Shown: positions 25,927 through 39,436, counted from the stretch's first letter. The stretch: DNA of 64,000 bases from Octopus sinensis (GCF_006345805.1 NC_043009.1:69502001-69566000); one strand, 5' to 3'. Numbers and translations are program-made. The notes: generated by a model not told the origin, from the letters alone.

Positions 25927-26529
25927 CTTTTGTTTCTTGAAGAATAACAAGAGAAAGATTTTATGCAATGGCAAATGACAGTCGGAATCTGTCAACTTAG
26001 ATTTCTCAAATCACCACAAACCACCTTTATGGCTGATTTAATCTGTCTAGACATTATTTTTAAAGATTATTTAGGACAATTTTCCTATATATCAAAAGGA
26101 AAAAGATTAAAATCCCAATTCACCATCATGTCATCAGAGTTCTTGAAATAATTTGACCAAATACTAGCACTTTATTTATATGATGATAATTTTGTTTGAT
26201 GATGATGATGATGATGATTGTGATGATGAAAACTAGTTAATGATTTTGAAATTTAGTTTCTGATAACAAATTTACAAAAGAAGTCGATTCCTTCCTTCTA
26301 TCCTTACACCATCAGACGATGACTAAGTCCCAATGACTTCCTTGACAAGTGCTAGATGTTTATCAGGAAATTCTCATGGAACTATACAAATATAGTTTTT
26401 CTGTTACGATCTTTTGAATATTTCTTTACCAGAAGAATATCAAGAACACTGCATGACATGTTCCCTGATTCTGCCCAAGCTTTGCTGAATCACCATCTTC
26501 TTAAAATCAATAATAATTATTTATAGTCT

Positions 26530-27600
26530 TGACACAAGGCCAGCACTTTTGAGGGGAGGGTCTAGACGATTACATTGATTGTAGTATTTGACTGGTACTT
26601 TATTTTGTTGATCCTTGGAAGATAGAAAGCAAAGTTGTCAGGATTTCATCCAACTTTCTAACAATTTTCTTAAGGAATTGCATAAATTGTTTCTTATTTA
26701 GGTGCAAAACCAGCAAGGAGAGGCATTAATTAATTTCACTGATCTCAGTACTTCGTTATTTTATTGACTCTAGCATGGTGAAAGGCAAAGTTTACCTGAG
26801 TTGGATTTGAACTTAGAATGTAAAGAGCCAGAATTAGCTATTTAGTCCAGCACTCTACTGATTCTGTTAATTCACTGTGTTAACAAGAACAGCAGCAGCA
26901 TCAGGCAGCAGCAGTAATAATAATTATAATAATAAGGAACATAAAAGAAATGGGAAGAGAGGGTCTGGTTGAGCTGTGACAAAATGTTTTCCTCGTTGGC
27001 ATGACTCGAATCATGAGGAAAGTATTAGAGAGTTGAAGAGAACAAACAGCATGGCACTGAAGGCAGCTGGTAGCAAGTCTTCCGCTACTCATGCAAGGAT
27101 TCCAACAACACCGAAGTTAAAAAAATATATAACTTGTCTTAATTTTTGCTCAAGGCCAGCAATTTTAGTAGGGAACAGGATTAGTCAATTTCATCGGTCC
27201 CAGTACTTTTGTTTATATACCCTAAAAGGATAACAGCCAAAGTTGACCTTGGTGGGGTTTGAACTAAGAACATAAAAACCAGGAAGAAAAACCGGTGAAC
27301 ACTTTGTCTAGCACACTAACAATTCGGCCAGCTCACCATGTCAACCATAATAGTAATACTACTACTACTACTACTAATAATAATCATGGCTTCAAATTTT
27401 GGCACAGGGTCAGCAGTTTTTGAGAGGGGAGAGGAAGCTGACTGCATCAATACCTGTACTTGAATGGTACTTATTTTATCGACTCCGACGGATGAAATGC
27501 AAAGTCAACTTTGGTAGAATTTAAGCTCAGAATGTGAAAACGGATGAAACGACACTAAACAGTGTGTCCAACATGCTCATGGTTCTGCCAGCTTGCCACC
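26530..27600 (-). mobile_element. Cluster of four degenerate copies of the (ATT)-tailed SINE (about 26530-26640, 26695-26880, 27140-27340, 27385-27600)
   Basis: Recurrent ACAAGGCCAGCAATTTT...GGTACTT...AAAGGCAAAGTTGACC...TTTGAACT motif, all in the same orientation. Confidence 0.75.
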
Positions 27601-28884
27601 TTAATAATAATAATAATAATAATGATAATAGCAGTAATATTTTGAAGGGCTCAGTGAGAAATGTAAGAATTCTTCTTTGTTTTCTCTGTGAAATTTGCTT
27701 TCTTTTTATCTGGCAAATAATAAATAGACAATTATTCATTTCTTTGAGTTCTACTGTTTTCCAACAATATTAAAATCCTTCCCAATGATTTTAGGGCTAT
27801 TTTGTGTGCCAACTGTTGTTCATGCAGTTATAGTTTCTGCAAGAATACATATATGCATGTATTCTCCCACCATCACTGTCTCTCTCTCTCTCTCTCTCTT
27901 TCATTCTTTAGTTTTATGTTGTTTTCTGACATTAGACTGATTCCAAATCTAAAGTCAATTTCTTGACTAATGATATTTCATCTACCTTCTTAAGCTTTGT
28001 GACTTAATACAAAATATTTGAGTACTTTCGTAGAAAATACCTTGTTTACATAAATTAGGATGTTAGCCACGTGTGGTCTTCTACTATGAAACATTATGTA
28101 TTTATGTATCCCTCATTTTTGAAATATTTGGACTCTTCCTAGGCTGGCTTCTAACAAAGAAACACTGGTTAGTCTTGCATGTGTGTGTGTGATTAGACAT
28201 ATGCATCTGTTTATATGTATATGTAAGTACAATGTAGATAAATGCGTGTAAAGTTATTTATGATTATACAAACATATACATATCGATATAAATGCTCGTT
28301 AGTGTAAAGCTGTCAGGCATTGAGGACGAAATGCTTGACTTTTATGGTTTCTGTCTACAATATTTCTATTCTGTTAAATAATACTTTATACTTTCTGTTT
28401 TGAACAATTTTGAGTTTATAACTACAACAGGTTATGCTTTGTTATAGTATTATCCTTATTTTAACCATCATCATCGTCATCATCACTGCTGTCATTGCTG
28501 CTGTTGACATCACTGGCATCATCATTAACATCATTGTCATCATCGTCATCACCACCACTGTTGTCATCGTCAATGTCATCATCATCATCGTCATAACAAA
28601 AACTTTATCATCAACTTTTCATCTTTGTAGAAGTGCTTTATCGTCGAGAAGATAAAGCAACTCTGGTTTGTTGTTCTTGTTACTATCAGACATAAAATTA
28701 CATTTGATCTATTTTAAAAAGGAGAGACCTGGACTCTTTAAACGTGGCTGAACAGATTAATGAATTAAAAACCAAAAATAAAAGTTACATAAAAAAAGGA
28801 GAAAGAAAAAAAAAGAGCAACAATATAGAAATATATTGATTTGTTCTCATTGCATGATAAAATGAAAAGGAAAATGAAATATTG

Positions 28885-28924
<40 letters not shown>

Positions 28925-29354
28925 CGATAATTATCATTATTATGATTATTATTATAAAATATTGATTTTAGTAATAATAAAATACTAATAATTATTATTA
29001 TAATAAAAATATAGATAATGACAACAACAACAATAATAATAATGATAATAATAATAATAATAATAATGATCATAATAATGTTAGTAAAATTTTCCCTCCT
29101 CCTCTTATTGAATATGGACCATATATTTTTCAGAAATATATATAAAAAATAAAAAATGGAAAAGATGTAAATATGTTTTTGTGTCCTCATCCTTATAATT
29201 ATCATTATTATTATTATAATCATCCTTATCATCATTATTATTATTATAATAATTATATATATATACATATATATATACATATATATAAGAATCAAATCCT
29301 CGTAGTTTGATAAAGTTGTTGAGGGCAACTTGAATGCCTGGCTTGTTGGTTATT

Positions 29355-29581
29355 TCAGAAAGTTTCTAAAAGAGACTTCATGGACACGCTAGTGGAGGCA
29401 TGGTCATAGATGTCCATTCTGCTGCCCATGGACTCTGTGCCCTTGTTTCCTTTGCCTGACCACTGGTGATGACCATATTTCCTAAATAAATAACGGCCCA
29501 GGAGGAAGCAGCCCACAAGAATAATGAGAATAAGCAGGGCGATGCACAACCAAATGTGGTTTGGATGTTTAAATCTGGAGG
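29355..29581 (-). CDS. CUB-domain membrane protein, terminal coding exon (transmembrane helix plus cytoplasmic tail)
   Basis: Polypyrimidine tract plus CAG acceptor (29582-29583), phase 1. Reads (S)SRFKHPNHIWLCIALLILIILVGCFLLGRYLFRKYG...SMKSLLETF*. 227 nt = 2+75x3. Confidence 0.85.
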
Positions 29582-30164
29582 CTGTGTTTGGAAAAAAAAG
29601 AGAAGAGAATGAAAGAAACGTCATTAAGAAATTTCAACAGTAATTAAAAATAATAACAGTAACCATAGAAACAATAACAAAAGACATGACAAACAAAAAC
29701 AATATTAATAACAAAAGTAACATCATTTATAATAATAATTGTGGGACAGAAATAATTAGTGTTTCTAAAATAGAGATAAATTCCCAAATTTCTGAGGAGA
29801 GGAAACTCAATGAAATCCTTTTCTGTGCTTGGATTGTTCTTTATTTTATTGAATATGGAAGATGGGAAAGTAAGGCTGACTGAGAATATTAAGAACTGAA
29901 GCAAATATGAGAATGGTTTCTGAATGAAATGTTTCTGCCACAAGCTACAGGCCAGTTGTTTTATGGTGCAGAGTTTAGTCTATTTAATCAACCCCAGAAT
30001 CTCACGGGTACTTTATTTCATTGAATCTGAAGGGATGGAGTTTGATTTTGACAGGATTTGAACTCAGATCATAAAGAGCCAAAACCGAATCACAAGATAT
30101 TTTGCTCATTTTCCTATTGATTCTGCCAACTCAAACCGCAGTAATAGCAACAGCAACAGCAATA

Positions 30165-30379
30165 ATCCTTTCTACTATAGACATAAGGCCTGAAATTTGA
30201 GGGGAGGGGTTAAGTCAATTATTTCAACCCTAGTGCTCAACTGTTACTTAATTTATCGACCCTCGAAAGGATGAAAGGCAAAGTCGACCTTGGTGGAATT
30301 CGAACACAGAATGTAGTGGCAGATGAAATACCACTAAGCAATTCGCCCGGTGTGCTAACGATTATGCCAGCTCACCGCC

Positions 30380-30380
<1 letters not shown>
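30165..30380 (-). mobile_element. tRNA-derived SINE, (ATT)-tailed family
   Basis: Minus strand AGGCGGTGAGCTGGCATAATCGTTAGCACACCGGG...TTCGAATTCCACCAAGGTCGAC...AGTAGAAAGGATTATT. A more degenerate copy lies at ~29945-30135. Confidence 0.85.
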
Positions 30381-30457
<77 letters not shown>

Positions 30458-30634
30458 TGATGATGATGATGATGATAATAATAATAATTATAATAATTAT
30501 AATAATAATGATGATAATAATATAATTATAATAATTATAATAATGATGATAATAATAATAATTATATAATTATAATAATAATGATAATAATTAATAATAT
30601 AATATAATAATAATAATATTATATAATAATAATG

Positions 30635-30669
<35 letters not shown>

Positions 30670-31400
30670 ATAATAATAATAATAATTATAATAATAATTA
30701 TAATAATATGATAATAATAAAATATAATAATGATAATAATAATAATAATAAATGATATAATAATAATAATAATGATGATGATGATGATAATAATAATAAT
30801 TATAATAATTGATAATAATGATGATGATAATAATAATAATTATAATAATAATAATAAATAATAATAATAATAATATAATATAATAATAATGATAATAATA
30901 ATAATAATTATATAATAATAATGATAATGATAATAATAATAATAATTATAATAATTATGATGATAATAATAATAATAATAATAATAATGATATAATAATG
31001 ATAATAATTATAATAATAATAATAATAATAATAATATTAATAATATATAATAATAATAATTATAATAATAATAATGATAATAATAAAATAATATTAATAA
31101 TAATAATAATAATAATAATAATTATAATAATAATAATAATATTAATAATAATAATAATAATAATAATAATTATATAATAATAATGATAATATTATAATAA
31201 TATTAATAATAATAATAATAATTATAATAATAATAATGATAATAATTATAATAATATTAATAATAATAATAATAATAATAATATAATAATAATAATGATA
31301 ATAATTATAATAATATAATAATTATAATAATAATAATGATAATATAATAAATAATGATAATAATAATAATAATAATGATAATAATGATAAAATAATAATG

Positions 31401-31435
<35 letters not shown>

Positions 31436-31649
31436 AATGATAATGATAATAATGATAATGATAATATAATAATAATATAATAATAATAATGATAATAATG
31501 ATAATAATAATAATAATAATGATGATAATAATATAATATTATAATAATAATAATATAATAATATAATGATAATAATATTAATAATAATAATAATAATATA
31601 TATAATAATAATGATAATAATTATAATAATTATAATAATTATAATAATT

Positions 31650-31679
<30 letters not shown>
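30381..31679. repeat. ~1.3 kb imperfect (AAT)n/(GAT)n microsatellite
   Basis: Directly visible, between two SINE copies. Confidence 0.95.
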
Positions 31680-31681
<2 letters not shown>

Positions 31682-32097
31682 CCTTTCTACTAAAAGCACA
31701 AGGCCTGAAATTTTGGGGGAGGGGACTGGTACTTATTTTATCGACCCCGAATTGATGAAAGGCAAAGTTGACCTCGGCGGAATTTGAACTCAGAACGTAG
31801 CGAGGTATGAAATGCTGCTAAGCATTTTGTCCAGTATGCTAACAGTTCTGCCAGCTTGCTACTACTACTACTACTAATGATAATTCTTTCTGCTATAGGC
31901 ACAAGGCCTGCAATTTTGGGGGAGGGGGACTAGTCGATTACATCAACACTAATGTTTCACTGGTACTTAATTTATTCACCCCAAAGGATGGACGGCAAAG
32001 TTGACCTTGGTGGAATTCGAGCTTGGAATGTAGTTGCCAACAAAATACTGCTAAGCATTTCATCCGGCATTCTAACGATTCTGCCAGCTCGCTGCCT
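31680..32097 (-). mobile_element. Two tandem SINE copies (31680-31860 and 31885-32097), (ATT)-tailed family
   Basis: Same ATCCTTTCTACT...GATGAAAGGCAAAGTTGACCTCGGCGGAATTTGAACTCAGAACGTAG consensus as 30165-30380. Confidence 0.85.
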
Positions 32098-32295
32098 TAC
32101 TACTACTACTACTACTACTACTACTATAATAATAATAATAAAACAATAATAATATTAATAATTATTATTTCAAATTTTTGTATGTATGTGTGTATGTGTG
32201 TGTGCATGTGTATGTGTGTACGCGTACGCATATATATGTACAAGAATGTATGTATTTATATTCATAAAGTTATTAATATTGTAAAAATATCTTAC

Positions 32296-32448
32296 ACTGC
32301 AATTCTGTATGGTAAGATGCTAAAAAGCCCGTATGTTCTGCAGTAGAATTAGTATGAAAAACGACTAACATATCTCGGTTAGACGTTACAAATTTTGGTT
32401 GATCATCTCCGCACCATTTTCCTAGTAGAACGTCGTATTCTGTAGGCC
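32296..32448 (-). CDS. CUB-domain membrane protein exon (C-terminal third of the second CUB domain)
   Basis: TTTCTATTTCCAG acceptor, GTAAGA donor, phase 1/1, 153 nt. Reads (G)PTEYDVLLGKWCGDDQPKFVTSNRDMLVVFHTNSTAEHTGFLASYHTELQ, matching the CUB 'LG..CG...P...S....L.V.F.....GF.A.Y' pattern. Confidence 0.9.
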
Positions 32449-32776
32449 CTGGAAATAGAAAGACGGATATAATATAAATATGGTTTCACATATGCAATAT
32501 AGTGAGTTGATAAACTTACATAATCCTTACAATTAATAAACAGAATCGAATATTCAAAATCAGGAAACAACAAAGTTATAAGAATTACCCCCAGCAGTGT
32601 TAACCACATAAAGTTTTTGGAAGACAAACATGATGCAAATGGAAAAAGCAGATCCACTTTAAAATCAATAAGTGAATCTATAATAGAGTTGGTTCATCTT
32701 ATTCAGTTTCCTTCGCAATGAAGGATACACAGCTGGAAATACTCAGGAAGCAGTCAATATATATATATATATATTG

Positions 32777-32834
<58 letters not shown>

Positions 32835-32885
32835 TATATATACATACAAACACACACACGTTTATACACACATATATACTTTATC

Positions 32886-32943
32886 TAAAAGCAGCAGAAA
32901 TATAACAAAAGCTGTTACTTTTGTTATATTTCTGCTGCTTTTA
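32886..32943. repeat. Perfect 26 bp-arm palindrome with 6 nt loop
   Basis: TAAAAGCAGCAGAAATATAACAAAAG-CTGTTA-CTTTTGTTATATTTCTGCTGCTTTTA. Confidence 0.9.
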
Positions 32944-33024
32944 AATAAAGCATATTACTCTACCTCTGGTATTTGAGTACTCTTTTTTGCACCTTGTTTC
33001 ACATTTATGTGCTTACTCCGGTAT

Positions 33025-33071
<47 letters not shown>

Positions 33072-33394
33072 AACAAATGAAAGAGAGAAGATGGAACATA
33101 TGAGATAAATATTATTAATCACGACAATTGTTTCGACACATCTAGCTCGATTCCTCTTGGGTGGAACACTCAACAACTAGTTCACGAGTATCCGGTGGTA
33201 CAGATGTATCTAATCGGGTGACAAATAAATAAATACAACTCGTTGAAATGACTGTTCCACAATGTAACTTTCTCATGTATTCCATCTTCTATCTTTCATT
33301 TGTTATATATCTAACGACCACTCTAAAAGTGACTGTGTTTTACCAGTAAGCTACTCCGTGTAAACCATACGTTTTATTATATATATATATATAT

Positions 33395-33859
33395 AAATAC
33401 AAAATGGGACAAGGACGCAAAACATCCAGATAGACGATACAAAAATCACAGCCATTAATCTTCAGTCAAGAACCAGATCATCCTCGCAATTTCGGCTGAT
33501 TAATCTTGAGATTGCTCCAATCTGGCCAGCCCCAAGGAAAACCTAAGCTAAGAATATTAGTTTCCTTGGAAAAAAGCATCGAATGTTTACGAAACAAGGA
33601 CGGAAAAACGGACGATGTTACACGAATATAAATACAAAAATAATAATAATAATAATAAAAACAATACTTCCAAGGAATCTAATGCTCTTAGCTTAGTTTT
33701 TCCTTGGGGTTGGCCAGATTAGAGCAATCTCAAGATTAACCAGCCGAAATTGCGAGGATGATCCGGTTCTTGACTGAAGATTAATGGCTTCGAATGACCC
33801 GTCCGTGTTTTTTGTATTGTCTATCTGGATGTTTTGCGTTCTTGTCTCATTTTGTATTT
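33395..33859. repeat. ~175 bp-arm inverted repeat flanked by (TA)n
   Basis: 33395-33571 (AAATACAAAATGGGACAAGGACGCAAAACATCCAGATAG...TTTCCTTGGAA) is mirrored at 33668-33859. Confidence 0.85.
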
Positions 33860-33910
33860 TATATATATATATATATATATAGCGGCGTACGTACACTTTG
33901 TTCTACACAA

Positions 33911-34785
33911 CACGAGCGTAGCCAAAAATAATTGGAAACTTCTCTGTGAGGAAAACCCGCTGTAGTTCAGGCTTCCACAGTGAGAAGCCACTTGATGCGA
34001 TCCTTAGGCATCAGTTTGCCAATCGGCGTTGTCGTGTGGTGAAGTCGTACTGCCACGCGATGCGTTTTTGTTTTGCAGTGCTTCTCCCACTGTTTGTCGA
34101 TTTTTGCGATGGCTGAAGGAACTGCGTGTTTCCGTGAAATTACGTTTTCTGCTGGGAAAAAACGGCGGCCCAAGCAGTCGTCGTGCTTCAGATAGCTTAC
34201 AAGAACGCTGCATTGAGCAAAACACAAGTTTACGAGTGATTTCCACGCTTTAAGAATGGTCACTTTTTGCTTGAGGACAACCGTCGATCTCCCGAACGAA
34301 TGAAAGCATTTTGAAAATTCATGAACTGATCTTGGAGGACCGTCACCCAACAATTGACGAACTTGTTGATATGACTGCTGTGTCCTGGAGTTTCTGCCAA
34401 CGAATTTTGAGCGAGGGATTGCGAAAAGATTTGCAATAAAATTTGTATCTCGCTTGCTCACGGATGATCAAAAGCAGTCACGACTGAATGCGTGCCGTGA
34501 ACTGAAAGAACAGTTGGAAGTTGATCCGGACCTCTTTTCGAAAGTCCTCACTTGTGATGAAAACTAGTGCTACAGAATTTGCAGGTGAAGAAAAAAGCGA
34601 CGGAGGCGTTAAAAGGCATCACTTCGCAAGAATTCTAGCAAAGTATCGAGTAGTGGAAAACGTGACTGGAGTGATGCATTGTTCAGATGGAGAATAATTT
34701 GAAGGCGATTAAAATGTAAACCTGTAAAACTAAGTGAATAAAATAATATTGCAAAATTCTGGTTCCTTTTGGGTACACACTCGTA
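33911..34785 (+). mobile_element. Degenerate mariner (Tc1/mariner) DNA transposon
   Basis: Transposase remnants ILEDRHPTIDEL...SWSFCQRIL and FVSRLLTDDQKQSRLNACRELKEQLEVDPDLFSKVLTCDEN (first-D motif). Degenerate TIRs CACGAGCGTAGCCAAAAA and TTTTGGGTACACACTCGTA. Confidence 0.8.
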
Positions 34786-35148
34786 TCTGTTTTTATGTTA
34801 TATATTACTCATTAATGAGTATTTATATCTCACCAGGTGGAGAACTTTTTTGTTGATCTTACTATCAGAGAGCAATACACTGTGTATATATATATAACAA
34901 TTGAAAGTAACGCCAACATCACCGCTGATATACATTATAAACACGCAGACACGCATCAAAGCCTGAACTTTAAATCGTGCCATCCAGCACATACGAAACG
35001 CTAGCTATATATATATATATATATATACATACATATAGAGATATATAAATTTATATACATACAGATATATATACACACACAGATATACACAGATCTATAT
35101 ATATATATATATATAAGGCTGTGTAGATTTTAGAACATTTATAAATAG

Positions 35149-35196
35149 GTCTTACAGCTGTTTCTAGGATATTTATAATATCCTTTCATCGGAGAC
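35149..35196 (-). ncRNA. Hammerhead motif, array unit 1 (CCGAUGA core; unit 2 at 35592-35639 is identical)
   Basis: GUCU-CCGAUGA-A-AGGAUAU(UAUAA)AUAUCCU-A-GAAAC-AGCU-GUA-AGAC. Confidence 0.7.
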
Positions 35197-35847
35197 GGTG
35201 TGAGATTTTAAAAAAATGTAAAAAAGAGGAAAGAACGAGAAGAGAGGAATAAAGAAAAGAAAGAGAAGAAAGAAAACAGAGGCAACGAAAATTTTAGGAA
35301 AATAAAAAGAAGAAATAAGTCGAAAGTTTTACCGGTGAGTGTGTTAAATTATAAGGCACAAAAAGAAAATGACACTCTCCAGATACCGCAGAATGTATAT
35401 ATATATATTATATATATATATATATATTATATATATATATATATACACACATACACATACAGATATATATAAATATATAGAGATATATAAAAATATATAT
35501 GTACATACATACAGGTAAATATATATAATAATTTTTTCGTAATGAGAGAAAAAAACCAAGGCTGTGCAGATTTTAGAACATTTATAAATAGGTCTTACAG
35601 CTGTTTCTAGGATATTTATAATATCCTTTCATCGGAGACGGTGTGAGGTTTAAAAAAATGTAAAAAAGAGGAAAGAACGAGAAGAGAGGAATAAAGAAAA
35701 GAAGAGAAGAGAAAAAGAAAAACAGAGGCAACGAAAATTTTAGGAAAATAAAAAGAAGAAGAAATAGTCGAAAGTTTTACCGGTGAGTGTGTTAAATTAT
35801 AAGGCACAAAAAGAAAATGACACTCTCCAGACACCGCAGAATGTATG

Positions 35848-35881
<34 letters not shown>

Positions 35882-36268
35882 TACAGATATATATATAAAT
35901 ATATAGAGATATATAAAAATATATATGTACATACATACAGGTAAATATATATATATAATTTTTTCGTAATGAGAGAAAAAACCAAGGCTGTGTAGATTTT
36001 AGAACATTTATAAATAGGTCTTTCGGCTGTTTCTAGGATATTTATTATATCCCTTCATCGGAGACGGTGTGAGAAGGTTATAAAAAATGTAAAAAAGAGG
36101 AAAGAACGAGAAGAGAAGAATAAAGAAAGGAAAGACAGAAAAGAAAGAAAACAAAGGCAAAAAATTTTTTAGAAAAGTAAAAATAAGAAATAAGTCGAAA
36201 GTTTTACCGATGAGTGTTAAATTATAAGGCACAAAAAGAAAATGACACTCTCCAGACACCGCAGAATG

Positions 36269-36330
<62 letters not shown>

Positions 36331-36567
36331 CAGATATAAATATATATATAAACGTATACATACATACAGATATATATCAATTTATACATACTTGCATATA
36401 TATAATAAATATATATATACATACAGATATATATAAATATATAGATATATATATATATATATATAATATATGTACATACATACATCTATATATATATATA
36501 CATATACTTTTTTTGTAATGAGATAAAAAAATCAATGCTGTATAGATTTTAGAACATTTAAAAATAG

Positions 36568-36615
36568 ATCTTACGGCTGTTTCTAGGATATTTATTATAT
36601 CCCTTCATCAGAGAA
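36568..36615 (-). ncRNA. Hammerhead motif, array unit 4 (canonical CUGAUGA core)
   Basis: UCU-CUGAUGA-A-GGGAUAU(AAUAA)AUAUCCU-A-GAAAC-AGCC-GUA-AGA. Confidence 0.65.
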
Positions 36616-37954
36616 GGTGTGAGATTTTTAAAAATATAAGAAAATAAAAATGAAAAAGAGGAAAGAACGAGAAAAGAGGAATAAAGAAGAGAAAGAGAGA
36701 AAAGAAAGAAAACAGAGGCAAAGAAAATTTTAGGGAAATGAAAATAAGGAATAAGTCGAAAGTTTTACCGGTGAGTGTGTTAAATTATAAGGCACAAAAA
36801 AATGACTCTCCCCAGACACAACGAATGTACAGACATATATATATAAATTAATAATAATAATAATATATTTATAGTATTTATTTGTTACAATATAACTACG
36901 AATCGATTACTTCTTTAAGTACTTTAAAGATAAGATTTTTGAAAGTTATTATTTAGCAAAAGAGATAAAGATAGTTAATTTACTATAGCGTTTGTTTAAG
37001 ATGGTTTGTTTGTATTTTTGAAATTAGCTATTTCATATTTAAATATGAAAAATTAATTTATTAGGTCTTTATTATATGTGCATATATATTTATTTATAGA
37101 GATTATTTAGTTCTTAATTATATATTTATATACATTTATATATTTTCATTGAATAATATGAATAATCTTTTTTTTTGTTTTTGTAAAATATTTATGTAAT
37201 TAGATATTGACTATTACTAATATTAGATTATTGGTGGCTTTCTTACCTTAAAAATTAATACTTAAAAATTAAAATTAATATTTAACAATATAATCGTTGT
37301 TTTGACATAATCATAATCGTTAAGTTTCTAGTTTGATAATAGAGTTTTTTTATAAGAGAATTTATTTTATTATTTTATTATATTATTTATTTCTTAAAAA
37401 ATATTGTTTAAATATTTTTGATTATTTATTAAAATATTACAATTAACCTGAAGATTGACTGTAACCATAACTCGAATTATTAATTGAATTTAAATTATTG
37501 TTATTCGAATTGGTTACGGGCATGAAACGATCGTAGTGTTTTTACTCTTTATCTTATTAAACTTGTAATACTTTTTGATAGTTTATAAAAAAATAAATAA
37601 ATAAATATAAAACTGTAAAATATAAAAAAAAATAAACATAAAAAATAAATAAATAATTAAATAAATTAATAAAAATATATATATTTTTATTATTTTATTT
37701 AATTATTTATTAATTATTTATTAAATTATTTAATTTATAAGTTTAATTTATTAATTTAAATAATTTAAAAAAACTTTAACTTTAATTTAAATATTTTAAT
37801 TGGATTTTTATATTTTATATTTTATATTTTATATCTTTTATATATTTTTTAATTAATTTTATTTCTATGTATTAGCTTATGAATTTCACTGTTTGACTTG
37901 CCTAATAGTGGTTTTATCTCTAATTTAATATAATATATATCTTATTTTCTTATT

Positions 37955-38236
37955 TTATTTTATCTAGTTTCAGCTCACGAGCTGTGGCAATGCTGGGGCA
38001 CCGCCATTTGGTGTTGCTACATGATTTTACTTCACGAATGCTTTTTAGCCACTGCCATTTGGTGCATGAGAGAGTTCGATGCAGCTGCCCTCATCTGCAC
38101 CTCCTGCCGTGAAGTTGGTTCATCCGGGACACCTGACAGGAAGAGATCCAGTCCTACTTTAAAGACATCCGCATCCACCCCATGCAGGTCCGTCAGGTTC
38201 TTCGGGAGGATATTGAAGAGCTGTGGGCCTCTGAAG

Positions 38237-38240
<4 letters not shown>
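37955..38240 (-). mobile_element. CR1/L2-like LINE 3' end fragment
   Basis: [45 protein letters not shown], then a 3' UTR with an (AAAAT)n-like tail. Related copies at 44480-44795, 45285-45550 and 47255-47815. Confidence 0.8.
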
Positions 38241-38272
<32 letters not shown>

Positions 38273-38306
38273 TCTATATCTATATATATACACACACAAA
38301 CAGATC

Positions 38307-38373
<67 letters not shown>

Positions 38374-38427
38374 CATACACAGATCTATATCTACACACAC
38401 AAACAGATCTCTCTCTCTCTATATATA

Positions 38428-38760
38428 GAGAGGACCCCTTCGGTCATGAATTACCATGGGATTGCACCTAGAAAGTTACCCTCCTAGACACAAGTCCGGG
38501 CAAGGTTGTTTATGGAAGACCAGCAGTCGCCCATGCATACCAGCCTCCCCTCTCCACGCCACCAGTGTTATCCAAGGGAAAGACAAAGGTCGATACAGCT
38601 TGGCACCAGTGACGTCGCAACTCATTTCTACAGCTGAGTGAACTGGAGCAACGTGAAATAAAGTGCCTTGCTCAAGAACACAACACGCAGCCCGGTCCGG
38701 GATTCGAGCTTACAACCTCACGATCGTAAGCCCGACGCTCTAACCACTGAGCCATGCGCC
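38428..38760 (-). mobile_element. Full-length tRNA-derived SINE with conserved core
   Basis: GGCGCATGGCTCAGTGGTTAGAGCGTCGGGCTTACGATCGTGAGGTTGTAAGCTCGAATCCCGG head, then TGTGTTCTTGAGCAAGGCACTTTATTTCACGTTGCTCCAG core. Confidence 0.85.
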
Positions 38761-39436
38761 ATATCTATATCTATATATATACACACAAACAGATCTCTCT
38801 CTATATATATACACACACACACAGATATACATATATACACAGATACATACATACATATATACACAGATACATACATATATATATATATATATATACAGAT
38901 ACATATATATACAGATACATACATACATATATGCACAGATACATACATACATATATACACAGATACATACATACATATATACACAGATACATACATACAT
39001 ATATACACAGATACATACATACATATATACACAGATACATACATACACATATATATATATATATATATATACAGATATATATAAATTTATATATACACAC
39101 TTATATATATAATTCTTTTCGTAAGGAGATGAAAAACCAAGGCTGTGTGAATTTTAGAACATTTATAAATAGTTCTTACGGCTGTTTCTAGGATATTTTT
39201 TTATCCCTTCAACGGAGAAGGTGTGGGATTTTTAAAAATATAAGAAAATAAAAATGGAAAAAGAGGAAAGAACGAGAAAAGAGGAAGTGAGAAGAGAAAG
39301 AGAGAAAAGAAAGAAAACAGAGGCAAAGAAAATTTTAGGAAAATGAAAATAAGGAATAAGTCGAAAGTTTTACCAGTGAGTTTGTTAAATTATAAGGCGC
39401 AAAAAAAATGACTCTCCCCAGACACAACGAATGTAC

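Noticed and set aside
32403-32657. 84 aa ORF with a hydrophobic stretch and 'NCKDYV'
   Set aside because: Mostly intronic AG-poor sequence upstream of the true acceptor. The real exon is 32296-32448 in another frame.
33774-33805. CTGAAGA...CGAATGACCCGTC as a hammerhead
   Set aside because: No GAAA, no stem II and no stem I pairing.
34837-34925. Possible extra CUB-gene exon (GDVGVTFNCYIYIHSVLL...) with AG/GT ends
   Set aside because: Phases do not fit. Exons 48589-48713 and 32296-32448 already join in frame to a complete CUB domain.
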